Assembly (NCBI GenBank): GCA_934120635.1 | Contig: CAKOUR010000001.1 | Coordinates: 60,696-124,695 of the forward strand | From: an uncultured Bacilli bacterium | Lineage (GTDB): Bacteria; Bacillota_I; Bacilli_A; RF39; UBA660 | Reading direction: 5' to 3' | DNA: 64,000 nucleotides | In this document: piece after piece, positions 9,240-18,336 of the stretch | How the letters are laid out: each line of letters begins with the position of its first letter | How positions within the stretch are numbered: position 1 is the stretch's first letter | Made by a program: the position numbers and the translations under genes | The notes under the pieces: generated by a model | Database searches by the model: none | What the model saw: the letters and a program-made list of their open reading frames with translations, nothing else | What the model was told of the DNA's origin: nothing

Positions 9240-10235
9240 GTGGAAATGGAAAAAGATAAAAATAAAAATAAAAATAATATAATTTATATTGTAATTGCTA
9301 TCCTTACCTTAATGGTTACAATAACTGGAGCAACATTCGCTTACTATACAGCAACATCTACATCTAATAATGTAATTAAAGGTAATATGGCATCAATTAG
9401 ATTTGATATTAATGTTACTAAAAAAACAAATGTGGATAATACAAGAGGATTGATTCCTATGACAAATTCTATGGTAGAAAAAGCTGTAGGAAATGCTAGT
9501 ACAAAAGGTATTTGTCTAGATGATAACGGAAATGCTGTTTGCCAAATATACAAGATAACTATTAATAACAGTAGTACTGCTGGTATGTATTTTGATGGAT
9601 ATGTTACTTTAACTGGTGGTTCAGGAACACCAACAGATTATACAACATGGGGAAGTACAACAGCCACAACAATGAGATGGGCACAAGCATTTTGCACTGA
9701 ATCTTCAGGCAATCTAGCATCATGTACAACAGCAGGTACTTCAACAGCAAGACAAACAGATGAAACTGGATTTACTTGGACAGCTTTAGGTGCTAATACT
9801 ACAAGTCAATTAGATAAATCAGAAATCATTGATGCTTACGCATCAGCAACAAAAAGTGCAACAATTCAAGGAAACCCACATACAATAATTAATAAGAATT
9901 ATATTCGTGTAAGCAAGCATACAGGAACAGGGTATGTTCAAGCAAATGATATTACATCAGCACTAGTATACAATCAATTTTTATCACCAAAGGACTCAAG
10001 TACTGCTAATGATACAGGAGATAGTTCAACATCATTTGTTGATGCACAAGTATATTATGTAGTAGTATGGTTAAGTGAAACTGGAACCAATCAAACAGCA
10101 GGTTCTGGAGTAGCAAATACGCCAGCTGCACCTGAGAATTTCTTTCAAGGAACAGTAACCTTTATTTCTGCACAAGGAAGTGAAGTAACAGCTAGATTTG
10201 GTGATTATGTTGCTGTAACACCAGATACAAAATAA
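9240..10235 (+). CDS. Secreted Thr-rich protein with SipW-cognate (TasA/camelysin-class) signal peptide, paralog 1
   Basis: N-terminus KNKNKNNIIYIVIAILTLMVTITGATFAYYTATSTSNNVIKGNMASIRF matches the TasA/CalY-type signal, which reads hydrophobic-GG(T)xAYF(S/T)D then SNNTFxxGTL. Conserved Cys pair ICLDDNGNAVCQIYKI. Conserved C-terminus QVYYVVVWLSETGTNQTAGSG...FQGTVTFISAQGSEVTARF. GTG start 10 nt after AGGAGG. Confidence 0.6.
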   Translation: MEMEKDKNKNKNNIIYIVIAILTLMVTITGATFAYYTATSTSNNVIKGNMASIRFDINVTKKTNVDNTRGLIPMTNSMVEKAVGNASTKGICLDDNGNAVCQIYKITINNSSTAGMYFDGYVTLTGGSGTPTDYTTWGSTTATTMRWAQAFCTESSGNLASCTTAGTSTARQTDETGFTWTALGANTTSQLDKSEIIDAYASATKSATIQGNPHTIINKNYIRVSKHTGTGYVQANDITSALVYNQFLSPKDSSTANDTGDSSTSFVDAQVYYVVVWLSETGTNQTAGSGVANTPAAPENFFQGTVTFISAQGSEVTARFGDYVAVTPDTK

Positions 10236-10253
10236 GTTAGTTATAGTAATAAA

Positions 10254-10288
10254 TAAAAAAATCAGTGCAAATTGCATTGATTTTTTTG
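10254..10288. terminator. Bidirectional hairpin terminator between convergent genes
   Basis: aatcagtgcaa att gcattgatt followed by ttttttt. A-run upstream on + and T-run downstream. Confidence 0.5.
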
Positions 10289-10293
10289 CTAGT

Positions 10294-10767
10294 TTAATAT
10301 AAATGATGACCTTCCTCTTTGGTATTTGACATCTCACTAAAATAAGATTGATTATATAACTGAAAGGCCTCTTTAGTATCAAAAAATTCATCTAAATTAT
10401 TTTTTTTCAAACAAGTACAAATTCTTTGAAGATAAAAAGAATTTTTATCTTCAAATAAATGAGAAATTGACTGAATATATTTTAAAAATTCTTTTTGATG
10501 CTCAACACATAAATAATTATAATAATCATCTAACATAAAATTTAAATAACCTATTATCATTTCATTATGCATACTAACTTCAGGAAATAACTTAAAGTAA
10601 CTTTCTGCCTCCTTTTGTTTTTCTATTTCCTCTAGTATTTCTGGCGAATTCATTGGATTAGGTATCTCAACCTTTAGTCCACCTTTAATTCTAAATGCAG
10701 TATTTTTTTCCCCATCAATAATCCATACCCCTTCTGGTTGAACACGATAATTATTTGTATTTTCCAT
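10294..10767 (-). CDS. Hypothetical protein
   Basis: 157-aa ORF (MENTNNYRVQPEGVWIIDGEK...). No recognisable motif. Confidence 0.45.
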   Translation of the reverse strand: MENTNNYRVQPEGVWIIDGEKNTAFRIKGGLKVEIPNPMNSPEILEEIEKQKEAESYFKLFPEVSMHNEMIIGYLNFMLDDYYNYLCVEHQKEFLKYIQSISHLFEDKNSFYLQRICTCLKKNNLDEFFDTKEAFQLYNQSYFSEMSNTKEEGHHLY

Positions 10768-10831
10768 AATGTTCTCCTTTATTTCTTTTTTCTACTTAAA
10801 TTGTATCACAAAAAGCAAAAATATGTATCAT

Positions 10832-10883
10832 AAAAAGCAAAAATATTCCTAAAAAATATAAATTAGGAATATTTTTGCTTTTT
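10832..10883. terminator. Perfect 21-bp inverted repeat (hairpin) downstream of the minus-strand Zn-ribbon membrane protein gene
   Basis: aaaaagcaaaaatattcctaa, then 10-nt loop, then ttaggaatatttttgcttttt. Upstream at 10809-10852 are two direct copies of atcaYaaaaagcaaaaatat. Confidence 0.5.
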
Positions 10884-11475
10884 ATTTTTCTTTACCACAA
10901 TTAGGACAAAACTTATCATCTTTCTCTAACTTTGTTCCACAATAAATACAATACGATATATTTTGATAAAAACTATTATCATTATCTTGAGAAGAATTAT
11001 TACAATTATCATTAAATATTCCATTTTTACTAACTATAACAGAACTATCATATTGATACTTTTTACTAAAAGCCATAATAGGAATCATTAAGCCAGAAAA
11101 TAAAGTCATTAAAATAGCAAATCCTGTATCTTGATGAAATTTTTTTGCCAAATTATAATTACATACAAAATTAGCAAATAAAGGAACTATCACAATCAGT
11201 ACTTTATAATCATCACTACTAGATAGTTGAATTATAACAGAAAAAATTAACAGTAAAAACCACCACCAATTTAATCCAGCAATCTCTACTTTTGTCCAAG
11301 AATTATAAATAGGAATAACTGCCTCCCAACCATTTTTACCACATTTCTTAAAAAATTTCCATAAGGCAAAAGTTTCAAAAAAAATAATAAAAGCAGTAAT
11401 CCAAAGAAAAACAGTAAATCCCCAAATAATACCTAATCCAGCACTATAATTAAACATCAAACAATCTCCTTTCAT
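10882..11475 (-). CDS. Membrane protein with C-terminal zinc-ribbon (CxxC...CxxC)
   Basis: Four to five hydrophobic helices followed by YCIYCGTKLEKDDKFCPNCGKEK. Confidence 0.5.
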   Translation of the reverse strand: MKGDCLMFNYSAGLGIIWGFTVFLWITAFIIFFETFALWKFFKKCGKNGWEAVIPIYNSWTKVEIAGLNWWWFLLLIFSVIIQLSSSDDYKVLIVIVPLFANFVCNYNLAKKFHQDTGFAILMTLFSGLMIPIMAFSKKYQYDSSVIVSKNGIFNDNCNNSSQDNDNSFYQNISYCIYCGTKLEKDDKFCPNCGKEK

Positions 11476-11597
11476 TTATTATAATATAGTAAATATTTAA
11501 AATAATGTAAAGTAAAAAAATAAAAATACTTAATTAGAAATAACCTCTAAATATAAAAATAATAGTAAATTTAAGTATTTTAATTAAACAAAATCTA

Positions 11598-11626
11598 TTG
11601 TCAATTTAACTAATAATTTGTATAAT
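11598..11626 (+). promoter_or_regulatory. Sigma-A promoter TTGTCA-17-TATAAT for the tsaE-tsaB-rimI-tsaD operon
   Basis: TTGTCA at 11598-11603, a 17-nt spacer and TATAAT at 11621-11626. RBS aggaaaggtg lies before the ATG at 11657. Confidence 0.5.
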
Positions 11627-11656
11627 GAATTTATAGAAAGAGGAAAGGTGAACAAA

Positions 11657-12109
11657 ATGAATAATACATATAAAATAACAACAAGAAATGATGAAGAAAC
11701 AATTGAAGTAGCACAAAATTTAGAATCTGAAAAATTTCCCAATATGGTAATCTGCTTAAATGGAGACTTAGGAAGTGGTAAAACAGTATTTACAAAAGGA
11801 TTTGCTAGTGCCATGGCAATAGAAGACGTAACATCTCCAACATTTAATATTATTAAAGAATATATAGGAGAATTACCTTTATATCATATAGATGTTTATC
11901 GTACTAATGGAAAAATCGATAATCTAGGAATTGAAGAATATTTTGATAAAGGTGGAGTTACTATTATCGAATGGGCTGAAATGATTGAAGATATTCTTCC
12001 AGAAGAAAGATTAGATATTACTTTCAAAATTACTGGAGAAAACTCTAGAGTAATGGTAATTACACCACATGGAGAAAAATATCTTCGTGTCTGTGAGGAT
12101 GCATTATGA
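11657..12109 (+). CDS. tsaE: tRNA threonylcarbamoyladenosine biosynthesis ATPase TsaE
   Basis: P-loop GDLGSGKTVFTKGFA. ATG at 11657 is preferred over the upstream ORF start because of its RBS. Overlaps tsaB by 4 nt. Confidence 0.8.
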   Translation: MNNTYKITTRNDEETIEVAQNLESEKFPNMVICLNGDLGSGKTVFTKGFASAMAIEDVTSPTFNIIKEYIGELPLYHIDVYRTNGKIDNLGIEEYFDKGGVTIIEWAEMIEDILPEERLDITFKITGENSRVMVITPHGEKYLRVCEDAL

Positions 12110-12729
12110 TAAGTTTATTTATAGATACTTCCGCAAGTGATGTATCTATTGCTCTTCATAAAAATGAAAAGGTATTAAATGAAATAAACAAAAATATTCC
12201 CAATCAACATTCTATTTATGTTGTTCCCTTTATCGATGAATTATTAAAAAAATCATCAATAACACCAGATATGATCGAAAAAATTTATGTCGTAACAGGA
12301 CCAGGATCATTTACAGGAGTAAGAATAGGAGTAACAATTGCTAAAACTTATGCTTATTTAAAAAAAATTCCCATAACAGCAGTATCTTCATTAAAAATGC
12401 TAGCCTTATCAAAAGAAGGAGAAACTATTCTATCATTAATTGATGCTAAACATAATAATTATTATTTAGGATCATACAATAAAGAAAAAAAAGAAATCAT
12501 CAAAGAACACTTTGGTAATAAAGAAGAAGTATTAAAAATAATAGAAAAACATCATCCAGTTATTGTTTCTAATGAAGAAATTAATAACGAAGAAATAAAA
12601 ACTTCAAAACAAACATTAGATATTTCCAAAATTATATCTTATTATCAAAATGAGCAAGAAGATAATTATTTTACTATTAAACCTAATTACCTAAAATTAC
12701 CTCAAGCTCTAGAGGATAGACATGATTAG
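12106..12729 (+). CDS. tsaB: tRNA threonylcarbamoyladenosine biosynthesis protein TsaB (inactive Kae1 paralog)
   Basis: LFIDTSASDVSIAL and GPGSFTGVRIGVTIAKTYAY. Confidence 0.8.
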   Translation: MISLFIDTSASDVSIALHKNEKVLNEINKNIPNQHSIYVVPFIDELLKKSSITPDMIEKIYVVTGPGSFTGVRIGVTIAKTYAYLKKIPITAVSSLKMLALSKEGETILSLIDAKHNNYYLGSYNKEKKEIIKEHFGNKEEVLKIIEKHHPVIVSNEEINNEEIKTSKQTLDISKIISYYQNEQEDNYFTIKPNYLKLPQALEDRHD

Positions 12730-13078
12730 AGAAGTATTAGAATTAGAAAGCCCTAATCCTTATTTAAAGAGAATAGAATTTTATCAAGAAGATAATGTTT
12801 TAGGATACTTAGAATACTCTCTTATTTATGATAGAATGGAAATTGATAATTTCTTTGTTGAAGAAAATAATAGAAGATGTGGAATAGGTAAAAAATTGAT
12901 GAGTTATTTAATTGCAGAAGCAATTACTAATCATGTTCTAAATATTACATTAGAAGTAAGAATAAGCAATGAAATCGCTAGAAACTTATATAAAAACTTT
13001 GGCTTTAGAGAAGTTGCTTTAAGAAAATTTTATTATGGGAATGAAGATGGAGTGTTAATGGAAAAGCAGGTGATGTAA
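12722..13078 (+). CDS. rimI: Ribosomal-protein-alanine N-acetyltransferase (GNAT)
   Basis: GNAT acetyl-CoA motif RRCGIGKKLMSYLI. Conserved position between tsaB and tsaD. Confidence 0.7.
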   Translation: MIREVLELESPNPYLKRIEFYQEDNVLGYLEYSLIYDRMEIDNFFVEENNRRCGIGKKLMSYLIAEAITNHVLNITLEVRISNEIARNLYKNFGFREVALRKFYYGNEDGVLMEKQVM

Positions 13079-14116
13079 ATGAAAGATATTTATTGTTTAG
13101 CAATTGAATCTAGTTGCGATGAAACCAGTATGAGTATTGTGAAAAACGGGAATACTGATATAGCAACAGTTGTATTTACTCAGATAGATATTCATAAAAA
13201 ATTTGGAGGTGTCGTTCCCGAAATTGCTAGTCGTAGTCATATTGAAAGTATTACGATTGTTTTAGATGAATTATTAGAAAAAGCTAAAATGAATATGAAT
13301 GATATAGATATTATTGGAGTAACTTATGGGCCTGGATTAATTGGTTCACTTCTAATTGGGGTTGAATGTGCTAAAACAATAGCACTAGTAACAGGAAAAC
13401 CTTTAATTCCTGTTCATCATATTGCTGGACATATCTATGCTAATAATTTAAAAGAAAGATTATCGTTCCCTTTAATTGCGCTAGTAGTAAGTGGAGGACA
13501 TACAGATTTAGTTTATATGAAAGAAGATTATTCTTTTCAAAGAATTGGTTCTACCTTAGATGATGCAGTAGGAGAAGCCTACGATAAAGTGGCTAAAATT
13601 TTAGGATTAGATTATCCGGGTGGACCAATCATTGACAAGAAAGCAACATTAGGAAAAGATACTTACAATTTACCATATCCCTTAGATGACACTAGTTTTA
13701 ACTTTAGTTTCAGTGGAATAAAAAGTGCTGTAGTCAATTTAGTTCATAATGAACATCAAAGAGGAAATGATATTCGAATTGATGATATGTGTACTTCGTT
13801 CCAAAAAAGAGTAGTTGCTATTTTAACTAAGAAAACTAAACATGCTTTACAAGAGTATAATGTGAAAAACTTAATTGTAGCAGGAGGCGTTGCCGCTAAT
13901 AAAGGATTAAGAAAAAGTCTCGAAGCAATGGCAAAAGAAAATGACATTCATCTTTCATATCCAGAAATAAAATATTGTACTGATAATGCAACCATGATAG
14001 GAGCAGCAGCATACTACGCTTATCAAAAGGGAGTAAGAGGAGACTTAACCCTAAATGCTAAAGCAACAGATACACTTTATCAAGGTTTTTTAAATAAAAA
14101 TACTGATCAAGATTAA
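13079..14116 (+). CDS. tsaD: tRNA N6-adenosine threonylcarbamoyltransferase TsaD (Kae1/YgjD)
   Basis: IESSCDETSMSIV, GVVPEIASRSH and DNATMIGAAAYY. The last codons ...NKNTDQD are encoded by the AAAAATACTGATCAAGAT repeat motif. Confidence 0.9.
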   Translation: MKDIYCLAIESSCDETSMSIVKNGNTDIATVVFTQIDIHKKFGGVVPEIASRSHIESITIVLDELLEKAKMNMNDIDIIGVTYGPGLIGSLLIGVECAKTIALVTGKPLIPVHHIAGHIYANNLKERLSFPLIALVVSGGHTDLVYMKEDYSFQRIGSTLDDAVGEAYDKVAKILGLDYPGGPIIDKKATLGKDTYNLPYPLDDTSFNFSFSGIKSAVVNLVHNEHQRGNDIRIDDMCTSFQKRVVAILTKKTKHALQEYNVKNLIVAGGVAANKGLRKSLEAMAKENDIHLSYPEIKYCTDNATMIGAAAYYAYQKGVRGDLTLNAKATDTLYQGFLNKNTDQD

Positions 14117-14194
14117 ATTTTTTGAAAAAAACATAAAAATTTAGAATAAAAATCAAAAATATAGAAAAAATAATAAAAAAGTATAAAAAATCAC

Positions 14195-14223
14195 TTGATT
14201 TCTCTAAAAAACTATTATATAAT
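14195..14223 (+). promoter_or_regulatory. Promoter TTGATT-17-TATAAT for tRNA-Asn
   Basis: TTGATT at 14195-14200, a 17-nt spacer and TATAAT at 14218-14223. The tRNA starts 23 nt downstream. Confidence 0.45.
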
Positions 14224-14245
14224 TAAGAAGTCATGTGAGATTACT

Positions 14246-14321
14246 GCTTAATTAGCTCAGTCGGTAGAGCACTCGGCTGTTAACCGATAGGTCGTAGGTT
14301 CGAGCCCTACATTAAGCGCCA
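14246..14321 (+). tRNA. tRNA-Asn (anticodon GTT)
   Basis: Cloverleaf has acceptor GCTTAAT/ATTAAGC, D-arm AGCTCAGTCGGTAGAGC, anticodon loop CTGTTAA and T-arm GGTTCGAGCCC. It ends GCCA with CCA encoded. Confidence 0.8.
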
Positions 14322-14332
14322 TTATGACATAT

Positions 14333-14362
14333 AAGTCCTTGGATTTCAAGGACTTTTCTTTT
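14333..14362 (+). terminator. Rho-independent terminator after tRNA-Asn
   Basis: aagtccttg gatttc aaggactt followed by ttcttttt. Confidence 0.6.
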
Positions 14363-14433
14363 TGTTCTTTATTAGATATAATAAGAATGAAATCTTTCGT
14401 TTTTCTCATACTAAAATAAGAAGGAGCAAAAAG

Positions 14434-15735
14434 ATGAAGAAGTATAATCAGAAAAAAATGTTTTTAACGAAGAAGAAAATAATTATCATTCTACTTATTA
14501 TTCTTTTTATTTTAATAATACTACTAATAAATGAAAACAGAGGAAAAGAAAGAATCATTACTAAACAAAAAATTATTCCAATAACAAGGAATAAAGCATC
14601 AAAAACACAAGAAAATTATTCAGATTATGTTATTTTAAAAAATAGAAGTAATCTTTATGAAAAAGAAAAAAATACTTATCAAAAAGTAGCAACTGTTCAT
14701 GGGAAAGCAGAATTATCTCTAGATCCAGACTATATAATTGAAGATGAATACTTTAAAATAAAAGATAGCAATTACTACATTAAATATACAGATATAACAA
14801 AAATAGATAACTTATCCCCATTATCTGGAGAATATAAAACTTATTCAAATTATATTCCTTATCATGAAAGTATCGTTCTAAAAAATAAGGCAAAACTTTA
14901 TTTAAGTGATAATTCTTATTATGAATTAAAAGAAGGAACTTTTTCTATTATTATAAAAGATAAAGATAAGTATGGAATTGAGTTTAATCACTCTCTAGTC
15001 TATGTATCAAAAGAAGATGTAGAGAAAATCATTTCATCTACTAATACTTCTAAAAATTATACCAATGAAATTGCTGTCTTAAATTACCACTATGTAGTAA
15101 GCAACAGCAACGAAAATGGAGAAAAAACTGAATGTAAGCAAAGTATTTGTATTACCGATACTATGTTTGAGTGTCACATAAAATACTTAAAAGAAAATAA
15201 TTTTTATACAACCACTATGCGGGATTTAGAACTTTATATTGATGGAAAAATACAATTACCAGAAAGAAGTGTAACATTAACTTTTGATGATGGTTGGTAT
15301 GTATCAAGAACCATTCAAATCTTAACCAAATATCAAATGACAGGCACTCTTTTCTTAATAGGTAGTCTTGCTAGTCCAAATGATTATAGTTCTCCTTATC
15401 TAGAAATTCATTCCCATACATGGAATATGCATAAAATTGGAGATTGTCCATCTAACATTGGAAGAGGAGGAATACTCTGCTTAGATGAAAATGCTATTTT
15501 AGAAGACTTAAAGAAAAGTAGAGAATCTCTAAATAATACCACTTATTTTTGTTATCCATTTTATGATTATAACGAAAGAGCTATTGAATTATTAAAAAAA
15601 GCTGGATTTACTATGGCTTTTGCTGGAGAATTAAAGGATAGTAAAGTTAGAGTAGGCCAAGATAAATATAAAATTCCAAGATATGTAATTGTAAATACAA
15701 CTTCAATGGATACATTTAAAAAGTATGTCAATTAG
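14434..15735 (+). CDS. Membrane-anchored polysaccharide deacetylase (NodB-homology domain, PgdA/CDA1 family)
   Basis: ATG at 14434 has RBS aagaaggag and is preferred over the ORF-track start. N-terminal TM IIIILLIILFILIILLI. C-terminal NodB motifs VTLTFDDGW and HSHTWNMH. Confidence 0.7.
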   Translation: MKKYNQKKMFLTKKKIIIILLIILFILIILLINENRGKERIITKQKIIPITRNKASKTQENYSDYVILKNRSNLYEKEKNTYQKVATVHGKAELSLDPDYIIEDEYFKIKDSNYYIKYTDITKIDNLSPLSGEYKTYSNYIPYHESIVLKNKAKLYLSDNSYYELKEGTFSIIIKDKDKYGIEFNHSLVYVSKEDVEKIISSTNTSKNYTNEIAVLNYHYVVSNSNENGEKTECKQSICITDTMFECHIKYLKENNFYTTTMRDLELYIDGKIQLPERSVTLTFDDGWYVSRTIQILTKYQMTGTLFLIGSLASPNDYSSPYLEIHSHTWNMHKIGDCPSNIGRGGILCLDENAILEDLKKSRESLNNTTYFCYPFYDYNERAIELLKKAGFTMAFAGELKDSKVRVGQDKYKIPRYVIVNTTSMDTFKKYVN

Positions 15736-15757
15736 ATCCAAAAAAGGATCTTTTTTT
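15735..15757 (+). terminator. Rho-independent terminator
   Basis: gatcc aaaaaa ggatc followed by ttttttt. Confidence 0.6.
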
Positions 15758-15827
15758 AGAGAAAAATTCCTAATCAGTATTTTAATTATAAAAATTATGT
15801 TATCCTTAAATAAAGGAGGATTTAATA

Positions 15828-16991
15828 ATGAAGTACGAAGAAATATATATTAAATATTTAAATCAAGAAATAGATTTAATTTTATTTAATTTAAAAAAAT
15901 CTTTTATTGAATATTATGGGGAAAGTACCAGAAGTAAAATAGAAAGTATTTTTGACAGTTTAGTTATAGTTTATTTAACTAAAAATCCTTCACAAAAAGA
16001 ACTGGGTGACAAGATTGAAAAGTCAAGTTTTAATTATAATGAATTAATTGCTATTTTACTAAAAAATCAATCAAAATTAACAGAAAAAGATCTTATTGAA
16101 TATGCACTTAATAGTACAAATTTTATTTCTAATAAATTAACAAATTTTAAAGAAAAACTCATTGAGTTATCTTATTCTAAATTACTACAATCAAAAAAAA
16201 TCAATTCAAGTTCTAAGAATATCTTACTTAATATGAGTAAAGGGTGTATCGATAAAGAATTAGAAGAATTATTTACTGAATTTGTTGATGATTATACAGA
16301 AGGATTCAGTTGTGCTAAAACAAATCATAGCGCTTTAATTGGTATAAGGATAAATAAACAAGGAAAGATAAATTTACATACTTTAATTCATGAGATTAAT
16401 CATCAATTGCAAAAAGAAGAAATATTTAAGGTCATAAATAAAGACCAAACGGAGCAATTTTTTTTAGTAGAAGGAATAACTAATAATAAAAAAGATTTAG
16501 TTAATGAACTAATTAACGAATACGTAACAAAAGATGTTATGGATATTTTTAATCAAAAATTTTCTTCTTCTTTATTAGATTTAAAGTTTACTAGCGGATA
16601 TTTACAAATAGATCAAATCAGTGGTAACGTAATGAAAAAAGTTTATACCTTATTAAGAAAAGAAATAAAAGGGAGATTAATAAATGGAAATGCTAGGACA
16701 ATTAGAAAGCTTATTGATGGAGAAAATAAGGAAAATTATCAATTATTAAATGTTTTTTATAATAAAATTAGATTAAATATATTAAAATTAACAGAAAATA
16801 AAACAATAAAGACATTCCCAGAATATGTAAATGTATTATCTGAAAACGAAAAAAATAGATATGTTCAATTTACTAATGATATCTATCAATCCATCGAAAA
16901 TAATTTTTTTAACTATCAACGATATGAAGAAGACTTAAAAAAGAAAATTTCAGAAATGGTAGAAGAAGGACAAGTTAGAAAATTTAAATAA
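15828..16991 (+). CDS. Hypothetical protein with HExxH...E (gluzincin-like) motif
   Basis: LIHEINHQL then 22 aa then VEGIT. No other recognisable domain. RBS aaaggagga. The promoter region shares a 27-nt motif with the next gene. Confidence 0.45.
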   Translation: MKYEEIYIKYLNQEIDLILFNLKKSFIEYYGESTRSKIESIFDSLVIVYLTKNPSQKELGDKIEKSSFNYNELIAILLKNQSKLTEKDLIEYALNSTNFISNKLTNFKEKLIELSYSKLLQSKKINSSSKNILLNMSKGCIDKELEELFTEFVDDYTEGFSCAKTNHSALIGIRINKQGKINLHTLIHEINHQLQKEEIFKVINKDQTEQFFLVEGITNNKKDLVNELINEYVTKDVMDIFNQKFSSSLLDLKFTSGYLQIDQISGNVMKKVYTLLRKEIKGRLINGNARTIRKLIDGENKENYQLLNVFYNKIRLNILKLTENKTIKTFPEYVNVLSENEKNRYVQFTNDIYQSIENNFFNYQRYEEDLKKKISEMVEEGQVRKFK

Positions 16992-17064
16992 AACTTTTTA
17001 TATGTGGTATTTTAATTCTAAAAATTATGTTATACTATCCATGGTTATAAGAAGGAGGAGAAGT

Positions 17065-17571
17065 ATGCTAAAAATTAAAAATATAAACTTTAAAGAAAAA
17101 TTTGCAGAAGCACATTTAAGACAAAGAATTTATGAAGGAACTAGTTACATCACTTTAATGGCAACGATTGAGTTTTACCCTAAGTTTGTAAACGACAGTA
17201 TTTTAAGTGGAGCTCTTGACATAAAAGTTGACATGAAAGATATTCATTCTCTAAAAGATTTAGAAGAAAAAGAATTAAAAGGAGAAATTGGAAATGTAAC
17301 TATCTCTGTAAATAATGATGATATTTGGGAACACAACAAAAGTGACAACTTTTCTATTAAATTAGGCAAAATAAATGGACGTGAATTAGAGTTTATGCTT
17401 AAAACAGAAGAATGTGAATTAGATACAACATTAGAATTAATTAGTCTTTATACAACAAGTTCTAAAGAAGAAGAGTTAAAAGAAGTATTTTCTTTAGATG
17501 ATTTCTATTCTAAAACATTAGAAAAAAAAGTAGGTACAAGTCAGATTATTAAGTATTTTGTTAAAGAATAG
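17065..17571 (+). CDS. Hypothetical protein
   Basis: ATG at 17065 has RBS aagaaggaggag and is preferred over the ORF-track start 17002. 168 aa, acidic, no recognisable motif. Confidence 0.45.
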   Translation: MLKIKNINFKEKFAEAHLRQRIYEGTSYITLMATIEFYPKFVNDSILSGALDIKVDMKDIHSLKDLEEKELKGEIGNVTISVNNDDIWEHNKSDNFSIKLGKINGRELEFMLKTEECELDTTLELISLYTTSSKEEELKEVFSLDDFYSKTLEKKVGTSQIIKYFVKE

Positions 17572-17583
17572 AAAGGATTTTAC

Positions 17584-18162
17584 ATGAATGAACAAATAGA
17601 AAGAATAAAAAAAGATTTAAAAGAATCCCTATCAGATTATCGTTACAAGCATAGCTTAAGAGTAGGAGAAGTATCAAAAGAATTAGCCCATATTTATCAT
17701 GTAGATGAAGAAAAAGCCTATTTAGCAGGAATAATTCATGATATTGCTAAAGAATTTACGAAAGAACAAAATGAAGAAATCATAAAAAGAAATGGTTGCT
17801 CCCTAGATAAAAATTCAACGCCCAGAATAAATCATGCTATAATAGGAGCTGTTTATGCCAAAGAAAAATACCATCTAGATGAGGATATTATTCATGCTAT
17901 TTTCTCTCATACTATAGGCGATATTCCCATGAGCACCCTAGATAAAATAGTATTTATTGCTGATAAAATTGAACCAGGCAAAAATTATCCAAAGATTGAA
18001 GAAGAAAGACAACTTGCCAAAGAAAATTTAGATAAAGCAATAATTCTTTGCATGGAAAACAATCATCAAAAACTAATGAAAGAAAATAAAAAAATATCTC
18101 CTAAATCCATAGAGGTATTAAATAATTTAAAAAATAATCTTCATAAAAATACTGATCAATAA
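17584..18162 (+). CDS. yqeK: HD-domain bis(5'-nucleosyl)-tetraphosphatase YqeK
   Basis: HSLRVGEVSKELAHIY...IIHDIAK...FIADKIEP matches YqeK-type HD hydrolases. The C-terminus ...HKNTDQ is encoded by the AAAAATACTGATCAA repeat. Confidence 0.7.
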   Translation: MNEQIERIKKDLKESLSDYRYKHSLRVGEVSKELAHIYHVDEEKAYLAGIIHDIAKEFTKEQNEEIIKRNGCSLDKNSTPRINHAIIGAVYAKEKYHLDEDIIHAIFSHTIGDIPMSTLDKIVFIADKIEPGKNYPKIEEERQLAKENLDKAIILCMENNHQKLMKENKKISPKSIEVLNNLKNNLHKNTDQ

Positions 18163-18186
18163 TTAAATTCTTTATCAGTATTTTTC
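18147..18186. repeat. Inverted pair of the AAAATACTGATCAA / TTATCAGTATTTTT repeat forming a terminator-like hairpin that overlaps the yqeK stop codon
   Basis: aaaatactgatcaa (18147-18160), a 12-nt loop, then ttatcagtattttt (18173-18186). Confidence 0.45.
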
Positions 18187-18206
18187 TAAAAAAGAACAAC
18201 AACTAG

Positions 18207-18235
18207 TTGACGAATGATAAAATTAGTGATATATT
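18207..18235 (+). promoter_or_regulatory. Promoter TTGACG-17-TATATT for the str operon (rpsL-rpsG-fusA-tuf)
   Basis: TTGACG at 18207-18212, a 17-nt spacer and TATATT at 18230-18235. A ~100-nt leader with a small hairpin (gtctt aggac aagac) precedes rpsL. Confidence 0.45.
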
Positions 18236-18336
18236 AATCATGCTTGTGAAATTTAAGTGTTGTCTTAGGACAAGACTTATCTTTTAAAGAAAAAATGATA
18301 CACCTGGATATGTGTAAAGGAAGGAGGCGGAAACAT

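Noticed and set aside
14362-14433. Upstream extensions of ORFs at 14362, 17002, 18295, 22722 and 45635 offered by the ORF track
   Set aside because: The extensions start without a Shine-Dalgarno sequence and run through terminators or promoters. Internal ATGs with strong RBS and conserved protein N-termini (NodB TM protein, rpsL MATINQ, obg MFVDE, MBL MKAIVL) were preferred.
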